The position numbers and the translations under genes were made by a program. Below, in pieces: positions 27,916 to 36,373 of a stretch of 64,000 nt of DNA. Positions within the stretch are counted from its first letter, which is position 1; each line of letters opens with the position of its first letter. The notes below the pieces were generated by a model. The model saw nothing but the letters and a program-made list of their open reading frames with translations. It was not told the origin of the DNA and did no database searches. The stretch is from Candidatus Latescibacterota bacterium (GTDB lineage: Bacteria; Latescibacterota; UBA2968; GCA-2709665), in NCBI GenBank assembly GCA_963662665.2, contig CAXXJS010000037.1, forward strand, positions 32,001 through 96,000, in the 5' to 3' direction.

Positions 27916-29220
27916 ATGAACAAAGACTCACTCACGATTACGGATAACCGCACCGGCAACACTTACCATGTTCCGATTCTGTACGGAACGTACCCTGAAT
28001 ACGGCGCCGCCGTTCGGACGGCCGACTTGAAGGAGATCAAGGTTTCCGAAGACGATTTCGGGTTGCTCGGATACGATCCATCGTATCTGAATACCGGCTC
28101 CTGCCAGAGTTCAGTGACATTTATCGACGGTGAGAAGGGAATCCTCAGGTACCGAGGATATCCGATCGAGCAACTCGCTGAGCACAGCACCTATCTGGAG
28201 ACCTCGTATCTGCTGTTATATGGAGAGTTGCCCGGACAGGCGGAACTGGATGCCTGGAACGAGTCGGTGATGACGTACGTGAGGACCGAACCGAAGTTGA
28301 ACGAATTGGTGAACGGTTTCCGCAAGGGTTCCCACGCAATGGGTATGATGGTGGGCGCGTTGGGATCTTTGTCCACGTTCTACGAAAACGCGAGAGAAAT
28401 CGGTTCCGAAGAAGCTCAGGAACAGCACATCCGCCGGTTGATCGGAATGGCTTTAATGGCGGCGGCAGCGGTGTACCGCCGAAGCCAGGGGCTGGATTTT
28501 GTGGAACCCGATCCGTCATTGGGGTTTTGCGGCAACTATTTGAAAATGCTGTTTGGCGGAACGACCGCATATACGCCCGATCCGGCGCTGGAACGGGCGC
28601 TCGAAGTCCTTTTGATTCTGCACGCCGACCATGAACAGAATTGCAGCGCCAGCACGATGCGCGGCGTTGGCAGCAGCGGGGCAGACCCCTATTCAGCCGC
28701 CGCCGGGGCCGCCGCCGCACTGTACGGACCGGCGCACGGGGGCGCAAATGAAGCCGTGCTGAAGATGCTGAACGAGATCGGGTCAGTTGACAATATCCCG
28801 TCCTACATCGAGCGGGTCTATAACAGGGAAGTACTCCTGCAGGGCTTTGGGCACAGGGTATACAAGAACTACGATCCCAGAGCAGCGATCATCAAGAAGA
28901 CCGCCGAGGAGGTGTTCGAAGTTACCGGAAAGAATCCGCTCATCGACATCGCGGTGGAACTTGAGCGCATCGCGCTCGAAGAAGAATTTTTCGTATCTCG
29001 CAGACTCTATCCGAACGTCGATTTCTATTCGGGCATTATCTACCAGGCGATGGGCCTTCCAACGGACATGATGACGGTAATGTTCGCGGTGGGCAGAATG
29101 CCTGGCTGGCTGGCGCAATGGAAAGAGTTGATGCACGATTCGGAGCAACGCATCGCGCGTCCGCGGCAGATCTACATAGGTGAAGACATCCGGGACTATA
29201 CGCCGATGGGAGAGAGGTAG
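27916..29220 (+). CDS. gltA: Citrate synthase
   Basis: ILHADHEQNCS, LYGPAHGGANE, GFGHRVYKNYDPRA, LYPNVDFYSG. Confidence 0.97.
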   Translation: MNKDSLTITDNRTGNTYHVPILYGTYPEYGAAVRTADLKEIKVSEDDFGLLGYDPSYLNTGSCQSSVTFIDGEKGILRYRGYPIEQLAEHSTYLETSYLLLYGELPGQAELDAWNESVMTYVRTEPKLNELVNGFRKGSHAMGMMVGALGSLSTFYENAREIGSEEAQEQHIRRLIGMALMAAAAVYRRSQGLDFVEPDPSLGFCGNYLKMLFGGTTAYTPDPALERALEVLLILHADHEQNCSASTMRGVGSSGADPYSAAAGAAAALYGPAHGGANEAVLKMLNEIGSVDNIPSYIERVYNREVLLQGFGHRVYKNYDPRAAIIKKTAEEVFEVTGKNPLIDIAVELERIALEEEFFVSRRLYPNVDFYSGIIYQAMGLPTDMMTVMFAVGRMPGWLAQWKELMHDSEQRIARPRQIYIGEDIRDYTPMGER

Positions 29221-29250
29221 GAGACGGATCCCAAGCGACAAGGTTCTGAG

Positions 29251-29298
29251 AAGACAAGCGCGCAAAAGCCGCCGGCTTTTGCGCGCTTGTCTTTCTTT
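29251..29298. terminator. long-stem terminator after gltA
   Basis: 20-bp perfect stem AAGACAAGCGCGCAAAAGCC/GGCTTTTGCGCGCTTGTCTT followed by TCTTT. Confidence 0.85.
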
Positions 29299-29343
29299 GG
29301 CTGTTGGCAGGGAAGTTGAGAAGGGTAAGAACCCCTTATATTG

Positions 29344-29634
29344 CTAATTCAATGGATGTGCATCCATGTACTCGCGCACGGCATTCTTGATGACTGTCTG
29401 AATCCCTCCACCGTGTTTCCTGCAGTATTCAAAGGTTTCCCGGTCAATTGGAATCTGCGCCAGCATGTCGGTCTTTTTCCAATCTTCACCGCTCATGAAA
29501 GGTGGCGCGTCCGGGTCGGAAAGCGCGGCCGCGTTCAAGTCAGCTTCCGACAACCCCTTGACCCGACCCCAGTCTGTCCGTGAATCTATTGGCAGGTCAT
29601 CACGGGAATATCTCACGATATTTTCTTCGTTCAT
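29344..29634 (-). CDS. BrnA-like antitoxin (orphan)
   Basis: RTDWGRV..SEADL.AAALSDPDAPP..IPIDRETFEY..GGGIQTVIKNAVREYM; GGAG RBS. Confidence 0.65.
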   Translation of the reverse strand: MNEENIVRYSRDDLPIDSRTDWGRVKGLSEADLNAAALSDPDAPPFMSGEDWKKTDMLAQIPIDRETFEYCRKHGGGIQTVIKNAVREYMDAHPLN

Positions 29635-29673
29635 TTCGATTGGCTCTCCGTGCGGAAATGATTCGAAGGCGTC

Positions 29674-29844
29674 TGTTGCGCCCACGGCGTCCAATGCGCC
29701 GTCGATGACGGTTTCGGCGCCGCCCTCAACGAATCCGAATCTCTTGAGGGAACTGTGAAAGAGAAGGGCATCGCCTTTCCGGAGGCCGAGAGCGGCGAAG
29801 CCTTGAAGGACGTCGTCCTTGTGAATGGAATTCCGGTTTGCCAT
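29674..29844 (-). pseudogene. 5' fragment of an AAC(3)-family N-acetyltransferase
   Basis: LGLRKGDALLFHSSLKRFGFVEGGAETVIDGALDAVG, after which the family pattern stops. Confidence 0.7.
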
Positions 29845-30043
29845 TGAATTTGGTGGAATCCGATCGACGACCATTGCTTCGCCAGACCTAAAAGAAAAAA
29901 TAAACCGGCGATATTACTTCAAACCGCCGAGGCTGAAAGACACTTATAAGCCTTCACGAACTACAGAATACAGAAACTTTCTGTCTGATCAGCCTCCGGC
30001 GTGAATTGTTGGCGGGTCATATCAATGAATATGAGATTTCAAA

Positions 30044-30259
30044 TCAGAGCTTGGACTGTATGCGCACTTTCTTGATCTCATTGACGATCTCGTCCAATGT
30101 CATATCCTCGAAGATCCGCTCCCGCTCCTGGGTATAATCTCCGTAACCCATCGTAAATTGATTGATGAAACGTATCGTGTTCGCGATACCGATCTCTTTG
30201 GAAAGCACTTCGAGGGCTTCTTTGGTTATTTCGCTTAAAGCTTTCTCCTGAACTGTCAT
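30044..30259 (-). CDS. Small protein, probable antitoxin partner of the PIN toxin
   Basis: 71 aa, ATGA overlap with the PIN gene, ALEVLSKEIG..TIRFI..GYGDYT.ER. Confidence 0.65.
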   Translation of the reverse strand: MTVQEKALSEITKEALEVLSKEIGIANTIRFINQFTMGYGDYTQERERIFEDMTLDEIVNEIKKVRIQSKL

Positions 30260-30696
30260 TCGCTAATCTCCGAAATGAGTTCGGTGGGTGAAACTATCCG
30301 CACTCGAAGACTTCCCAATGCCTCCGATCGGCTCAGAATTCTATCATCACAAGTACAAAAATAATCAGTTCCTGCTACTTCTGCGCTTGCCAAATGCAAT
30401 GCATCCATTGGTTTGAAACCTGATTCAACCAGGTCGCGTGATCTGTCCTCAACCCGGTCGTTTATTTCAACCGAAATTGACGCCTTTGACATTACTCTGA
30501 ATGCAAACAACCTTCGAAGAATATTTGGATTTCTAAATGCCTCGTAAAGAAGCGTTTCAGATCCTACCAGTTCAAGTTCGCCCGATTCACAAAGGCCGAT
30601 CAATCCCAATACCGCCTCCGATTCAATAGTTATACGAATCTGAGTCTTACTGTCCAGGGGACGTTGCAAGCTACAATTATCAAGATATATCTTCAT
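30256..30696 (-). CDS. PIN-domain (VapC-like) ribonuclease
   Basis: KIYLDN, DALHLASA, YFCTCDDRI; AT-rich relative to flanks. Confidence 0.85.
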   Translation of the reverse strand: MKIYLDNCSLQRPLDSKTQIRITIESEAVLGLIGLCESGELELVGSETLLYEAFRNPNILRRLFAFRVMSKASISVEINDRVEDRSRDLVESGFKPMDALHLASAEVAGTDYFCTCDDRILSRSEALGSLRVRIVSPTELISEISE

Positions 30697-30825
30697 AGTT
30701 TACAATATCATATCGGATATAACCGGGTCTTCTCCACCAAAAATACCGCTAACAAGGTCAATAATCAAGGCAAAACATCCAACAAAGCAGGAGCGGAGAG
30801 AAAATGATGATCTTGCAGCGTGCCT

Positions 30826-30991
30826 TAGCAGTCCGTTGAAAAAGTCGCTCTGCAGGCGAGGCCGAGTCATTGTGGCCGAAGACAAGGCGCGCGACCGCGT
30901 CGAATCGGGGGATTCGGGGAGGGAGCGCAACGCAGTCATTCGGCCACAAGGGCCGGACGCAGCCCGGATGGACTTTTCCAACGGGCTGTTA
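30826..30991 (-). mobile_element. 166-bp MITE-like element, copy 2
   Basis: Inverted near-identical copy of 7255-7420, TA-flanked. Confidence 0.85.
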
Positions 30992-31152
30992 GATCTTCAA
31001 GAGTGTCAGGTACACGTTTCCCGGTTCCCCCGACATGCGCTCACGGCCCTTCAGTTCTACGAAATCCTTTCAATAGACAACTTTCTTCTCCGTGCGACAG
31101 TACTTGTCAGCGGCTTTCGCTTTTTGGGTGCCGCTGTCGAAATCGTCGTTCG

Positions 31153-32649
31153 TCAACCCTTCGATTCCGCCAAATAGCCGGCAACCTTGTCTTGTCCTGC
31201 AAAACGCGCCCAGTCTTCTGCGGTGCCATCGTATCGATGGTCTCTTATAGTCACGTCGATTCCTTTGTCAACGAGATATACAACCTGTTCCATGCGGCCG
31301 GCGAAGGCGCACTCGTGCAGGACGCTGGCCGGTTCGTGGGTACTCCATCTCGTGTTGATATCGGCGCCGTGATCCAGGAGATAATCCGCTATTCGGAAAT
31401 TGCCGTTCCGGACGGCCCAGGCAAGCGCACGATCGACGACCTCCTGAATGGTTGTCAGAGATGATTGCCCCGGCTGAGAGAGGTACACGGATGGATCGTC
31501 CAACCGCGGATAGCCGTTGGCGAACCTCTTTGCGATCGCTTCCAGGTCGCCCAGACCGGCAGCATGGGGGAGATCGTCCGGCACCTGCCAGACCTGCGAC
31601 AGTGCCGGAACGTAGTCGGCATGCCCGTATTCGAGAGCATACGAGATAGCGCAAGACGACGGCGGTTCAGCCGCGGATGCAATGGCAGCGCCACTGCCGA
31701 TCACGACCTCGATCACCGGCAGCGTTCCCTCGGAGTAGGCAGCGACCTCAAGCAGCCTTTTCTGGGTATCGAGATAACGAGGGCCCAGGAAAAAGGGTTC
31801 GGCAGATAGCAGATCACCGATGGCCTCTGCGTCGCCCTCGTCCAGTGCGGCGAGCAGGCGCAACTCCACGGCCCGGCTCCAGATCAGACCGTGGGCGTCG
31901 CCTGCCTCCCGGTAGGAGCGAACGCGCCTTCTGGACTCGGGCTGTTTCTCCAGCAGGAAATCGATGAACGCTGCTTCCCCCTGCCAGGCCTCGACGCGGA
32001 TCCGGAGATCTCCGTCGAACTGAAAACAACGGTGCAGCAGGTATTGGGCGACGTCGCGATGAGCCAGCCTGCAGGCGTAGAGAAAGGCATCGGCCACGAT
32101 CAGCCGATCGTCCGCGGGATCGGGCCAGTCCTCCTCGGCGCCGGCGTACCCGGAGCGGAGTTCCGCTTCCGGGCGCCCTGTGCCGAGCAGAGCGCCGGCA
32201 GCGTCGAAACATTTCCGCACCTTGTCGAGATCGCCCCGCGCGGCGAAGATACGCAGGTTGTCGGGCAGCACACCCATCTCGTCGAACAGCGCGAGCATGC
32301 CGTGGGCGCCGGTGTCGATCGTCCTGAGGTAGACCCGGGGGTGCATGACCGCGCCGGCGTCGAGCAGCAGGCGCGCGCAGTCGGGCCGGTTGTAGACCGC
32401 TTCGTTCTCCGCGCCGGGGAAATTGGCGTACGAGGTCGTGGCATGGAGCAGGGCGGGACCTTCGTCGTGCTCGCTCCGGATGAGCAGGCCCGGGTGCTTT
32501 GCAATAAGGCTGCCCAGGCGCGCGGTGTCATTGGCGTGGATCGCATTCACCGCCGCTTTGGCGGCTCTCTGCATTCTACCGGAGCATTCGCAGTTGGCAT
32601 CGCTTCTCATTGAAACCTGCCTCCCTTTCACCATCGCCGCCTCCAGCAT
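31153..32649 (-). CDS. Ankyrin repeat protein (start uncertain)
   Basis: ARLLLDAGA, AWAVRNGNFRIADYLLDHGADIN, LHECAFAGR..YLVDKGID..DGTAEDWA. Confidence 0.8.
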   Translation of the reverse strand: MLEAAMVKGRQVSMRSDANCECSGRMQRAAKAAVNAIHANDTARLGSLIAKHPGLLIRSEHDEGPALLHATTSYANFPGAENEAVYNRPDCARLLLDAGAVMHPRVYLRTIDTGAHGMLALFDEMGVLPDNLRIFAARGDLDKVRKCFDAAGALLGTGRPEAELRSGYAGAEEDWPDPADDRLIVADAFLYACRLAHRDVAQYLLHRCFQFDGDLRIRVEAWQGEAAFIDFLLEKQPESRRRVRSYREAGDAHGLIWSRAVELRLLAALDEGDAEAIGDLLSAEPFFLGPRYLDTQKRLLEVAAYSEGTLPVIEVVIGSGAAIASAAEPPSSCAISYALEYGHADYVPALSQVWQVPDDLPHAAGLGDLEAIAKRFANGYPRLDDPSVYLSQPGQSSLTTIQEVVDRALAWAVRNGNFRIADYLLDHGADINTRWSTHEPASVLHECAFAGRMEQVVYLVDKGIDVTIRDHRYDGTAEDWARFAGQDKVAGYLAESKG

Positions 32650-32736
32650 ATGCGCCCATGAACCAAGGAATGGGACGAGAATATGGCCGAACGGAATATG
32701 TGCTTCATTGAGACATGAACTATCGGATCGTTATTT

Positions 32737-34083
32737 TCACTTCCGCGTTCGAAGCGCGTCGTCGACGGCCGAGGCCAGTTGATCGACGTGCTGTTCATCC
32801 ATTGGCAATGAGACGTTGCCGCCGAGTTTCCAGTAGATCCCGCGGTTGAGCAGGGCGAAGAAGAGCCATCGGTGCAGAAGCTGGTTCTCTCGGGCTGCTT
32901 CGCGGTAATTTCGCGGCCTCTCGGTAAGGAAGTGGATCCGGAACAGGGAGCCCGACGTTGTGACCTGCGCATCGACGCCGGCATCCTGGAAAACGCATAT
33001 GAGCCTGCCGGCAAGGCGCCTTGTCAGGTTATCCAGCCTTTCGTAGGCTTCCGGCGTGAGCAGGCGAAGGGTCGTTAGGCCCGCGACGATGGCGATGGGG
33101 TTGGCGTTATACGTGCCGGAGTGAGGGATTTCCGGCGCGCCTCCGGCGGGGTTGTAGAGGTCCAGGACGTCGGAGCGGCCGCCAATCACGGCGCCAGGGG
33201 TGCCGCCCGCCACGACTTTGCCCAGACACGTGAGGTCGGGGCGGACGCCGTAGGCTTCCTGTGCGCCGCCGCGGGAGATGCGGAAGCTGACGATTTCATC
33301 GAAGATGAGCAGGACGCCGGCGTGTTCGGTGATTTCGCTCAGTCGCGACAGAAAGCCGTTTACCGGAAGGGTAAAGCCCGCGGCAGTGGAAAGCGGATCG
33401 ACAATCACCGCGGCCAGATCGTTCCGGTGTTCGTTGATGATGGCATCGCAGGCGTCGGCGTCATTGAACGGGAGGACGACCACATTCTCGATGGCCTGCG
33501 GGGTGAGGCCGCGTGACGAAGGCACGGATTCGGGCCTTTCGGCCGGTCCCAGGTTCCCTTCGAGCGGAGGGACGTGGCTGACCATAACGTATTCATCCAT
33601 CCCGTGGTACGCCCCTTCGAATTTCGCGATTTTGGTTTTGCCGGTGAAGGCGCGTGCGGCGCGGATGGCATTGAGAATGGCTTCGGTACCGGAACTGCAG
33701 AAACGCACCTTTTCGAAGGAGCCGACGCGGTTCTTCAGGAATTCGGCCATTTCGACCTCAAGGGCAAGCGGCCGTGAGAAGCCGGTGCCGAGGGTTATCC
33801 GTTCCTGCAGGGCGGCGACAATATCGGGGTGGGCGTGGCCCAGGATGAGGGCGGTGTTATTATTCACGAAATCGAGAAGGCGATGGCCGTCCAGGTCGAA
33901 GAGATGGACGCCTGCGCCGCGGTCGGCGTAGACCGGGTACGGGTCGAAGTGGACGCCGGTTCGCGTGTTTCCGCCGGGAAGAGATGCCTGGGCGCGTCTG
34001 AACATCTCACGGGAACGCGGGTGGCTGTCCATGTATTCGGCAATCTGCCGATCCAGCGATGCCCGGAGATTTTCTGAATCCAT
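32737..34083 (-). CDS. Class III PLP aminotransferase (GSA-aminomutase-like)
   Basis: LPGGNTR, ILGHAHP, SGTEA, FEGAYHG, LIFDEI, LGKVVAGG, HSGTYNANP. Confidence 0.9.
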   Translation of the reverse strand: MDSENLRASLDRQIAEYMDSHPRSREMFRRAQASLPGGNTRTGVHFDPYPVYADRGAGVHLFDLDGHRLLDFVNNNTALILGHAHPDIVAALQERITLGTGFSRPLALEVEMAEFLKNRVGSFEKVRFCSSGTEAILNAIRAARAFTGKTKIAKFEGAYHGMDEYVMVSHVPPLEGNLGPAERPESVPSSRGLTPQAIENVVVLPFNDADACDAIINEHRNDLAAVIVDPLSTAAGFTLPVNGFLSRLSEITEHAGVLLIFDEIVSFRISRGGAQEAYGVRPDLTCLGKVVAGGTPGAVIGGRSDVLDLYNPAGGAPEIPHSGTYNANPIAIVAGLTTLRLLTPEAYERLDNLTRRLAGRLICVFQDAGVDAQVTTSGSLFRIHFLTERPRNYREAARENQLLHRWLFFALLNRGIYWKLGGNVSLPMDEQHVDQLASAVDDALRTRK

Positions 34084-34359
34084 GTATTCCTCACCACGAC
34101 AGGGCCGGCGCCGAAGACGGAGAAGGTGAAGTGTCCCGGCATTCGGCAATGTATAATTGGATTCAAAATATCGAAAAATCGTAAGAGATTCCAAAGGTTG
34201 TTTGAAGCCTCGGGCAATGGATACGACTCAGCAGTCCCTATGGACGCTTCCAACGGGCTGGCGGGCGGAAGAGGTTGACTTGCCCGGGATACGGGCGTAG
34301 CATATAGCGGGTGTTTCCGACAGGCTGACGTGATATCGACGTATGGCGGAGGTATCGTT

Positions 34360-35346
34360 ATGACGGGCTTCGAAGTCAACGAGTTGCCGCGGCTTACCGG
34401 CGACCTGGCGGTGGCGAAGTCAAATATCGAGCGGTTCGGATATTGTCTGCTGAAGGACGCGTTGAGCCGGGACCAGGTGGCGGCCATGCGTCAAAGGCTG
34501 GTGGAACAGGCGGAGGCGGAGAGGCAACTGGGCGCGGCATATGAAGACGGAGGGCCCGATCAGAACTGGGGATCGTTTCGGGACGAAAGCGGTCGGGTGC
34601 GACCGGAGGCGTTCACCGAGGCACACGGGGGCGTCAATCAGCGGCTGTGGATGTTGATCAACAAGGGTCGTGTGTTTCACCAGGTGTTGTTTCAGGAACG
34701 GGTGCGGGAGGTGATAAGCCATGTTCTGGGCGAGGAGTACCTGCTGTCGAGCTTTACCGCGAATATCGCCAGGCCAGGCGGGGTGGAGATGGACCTGCAT
34801 ACCGATCAGTGGTGGATGCCCTCGCCCACGCGTCCTGGCCGAAAGGCATTGCCGGTGGGCTCGATCACCCGGGAGCGGTTTGATACGGACGTGGACGACG
34901 CATCGCCGATGATCGCACCGGCGGCCGCGGTGAACGTGCTCTGGATGCTCGTGGATTTCACCGCCGGAAACGGTGGGACGCGCGTCGTTCCCGGCAGCCA
35001 TTTGTTCGGTCGGCATCCCGAAAAGGCGGCTGACGTAGAGGCGGTGGCCGCGGAGGGCCCGGCGGGTACGGCGCTGATCATCGATGCGCGGATCTGGCAT
35101 GGAACGGGGGCCAACGTGACCGGCGGCCAACGGCTGGCGCTGCTCACGACCTTCTGCGGCCCGCAGTTCCGGCCGCAGGAGAATTTCACCGTTGGCACAT
35201 CGCCCGAAGTTCTGAACGATGCCCCTCCCGAGTTGCTGGCGCTGCTCGGTTTCAAGGTGTGGAACGCGTACGGCCGTGTTGAAAACCCTGCGGTGGAGTT
35301 CATTTCTCCGGGCGAATCGTCGCTGGGGGAACTGCGGCCGGAGTAG
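34360..35346 (+). CDS. Phytanoyl-CoA dioxygenase family protein
   Basis: LHTDQ, DFTAGNGGTRVVPGSH, IWHGTGAN, RPQEN. Confidence 0.88.
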   Translation: MTGFEVNELPRLTGDLAVAKSNIERFGYCLLKDALSRDQVAAMRQRLVEQAEAERQLGAAYEDGGPDQNWGSFRDESGRVRPEAFTEAHGGVNQRLWMLINKGRVFHQVLFQERVREVISHVLGEEYLLSSFTANIARPGGVEMDLHTDQWWMPSPTRPGRKALPVGSITRERFDTDVDDASPMIAPAAAVNVLWMLVDFTAGNGGTRVVPGSHLFGRHPEKAADVEAVAAEGPAGTALIIDARIWHGTGANVTGGQRLALLTTFCGPQFRPQENFTVGTSPEVLNDAPPELLALLGFKVWNAYGRVENPAVEFISPGESSLGELRPE

Positions 35347-35350
35347 AGTT

Positions 35351-35614
35351 ATGGCGCGCAACGATAGGGTTGATCGACGGACCATTTCCATCCACTGCGC
35401 CAGGTGCCGGACGTTGCTCTACAAGTACCGGAAAGGCGGCAGGGGCGGCCTGGTCAAGTGTCTGGTGGAACGAATTGCAGAGGACTTCACCAACGGAGAC
35501 CTGAAGTGCCCCGAATGCGGGCAGGCATTTGCGCGAGACCGCATGATGGGCGGGCGACCCGCGCACAAGATCATCCAGGGCAAGGTATATACCAGGGGGA
35601 TGTCGAGAAAGTAA
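35351..35614 (+). CDS. Small zinc-ribbon protein
   Basis: CARC..LYKYRKGG.G.LVKC..CPECG..FAR. Confidence 0.7.
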   Translation: MARNDRVDRRTISIHCARCRTLLYKYRKGGRGGLVKCLVERIAEDFTNGDLKCPECGQAFARDRMMGGRPAHKIIQGKVYTRGMSRK

Positions 35615-35829
35615 CCTTGATTCGGTATTTTTCCGGGACGCAAAATCGAATATAGGCAAGTGGATAAAGGCGATTTGACGGCTGATTACCAGGATACACC
35701 AGGTCACTGGACGTGAACTGAAAGCGTGTCCTTTTTGACGACCGCTTCGCCCCGTTTCAGGGATTTTCGTTGCGTTGCCGAGTTGCTGTTGTTTATCGAA
35801 TTGGGGGTAATATCAGTCAGGAGACGATA

Positions 35830-36369
35830 ATGGCAGAAGAACGCGCGACGTTCGGAGGGGGATGCTTCTGGTGCGTGGAGGCGTTTTATCAGGACCTGAA
35901 AGGGGTGCTGGAAGTGGTATCGGGATATGCGGGCGGCTCGGGTACGAATCCGACGTACCGGGAGGTGTGCGAGGGGACCACGGGGCATGCCGAGGTGGTG
36001 CAGATCCGATTCGATCGGGAGACGATTTCCTATCGGGACCTGCTGGACGTGTTCTGGCGCACCCACGATCCCACAACGCTTAACCGCCAGGGTGCGGACG
36101 TGGGTACGCAGTACCGCTCTGTGGTTTTCTATCACGACGAGCAACAGCGGGCTAAGGCGACACAATCCATGGCCGAGACGGATGCATCGGAGCTGTGGAA
36201 GGATCCGATCGTGACCGAGATTTCGCCGCTGACCGAATTCTACAGGGCCGAGGATTACCATCAGAACTACTATCGCTCGAATCGCGCTCAGCCGTATTGC
36301 ATATTCGTGATCGACCCGAAGATGAAATGGTTCAGGGAGGCGTTTCAGGACCGGTTGAAAGCAGAGTGA
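35830..36369 (+). CDS. msrA: Peptide methionine sulfoxide reductase A
   Basis: GGCFWCVE, HDPTTLNRQGADVGTQYRS, AEDYHQNYY. Confidence 0.97.
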   Translation: MAEERATFGGGCFWCVEAFYQDLKGVLEVVSGYAGGSGTNPTYREVCEGTTGHAEVVQIRFDRETISYRDLLDVFWRTHDPTTLNRQGADVGTQYRSVVFYHDEQQRAKATQSMAETDASELWKDPIVTEISPLTEFYRAEDYHQNYYRSNRAQPYCIFVIDPKMKWFREAFQDRLKAE

Positions 36370-36373
36370 CGGC

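Noticed and set aside
29674-29874. Functional aminoglycoside resistance gene
   Set aside because: Only about 57 codons of the family remain.
30700-31177. Short ORFs repeating peptides seen at 7.2-7.4 kb
   Set aside because: Translations of MITE copy 2, not genes.
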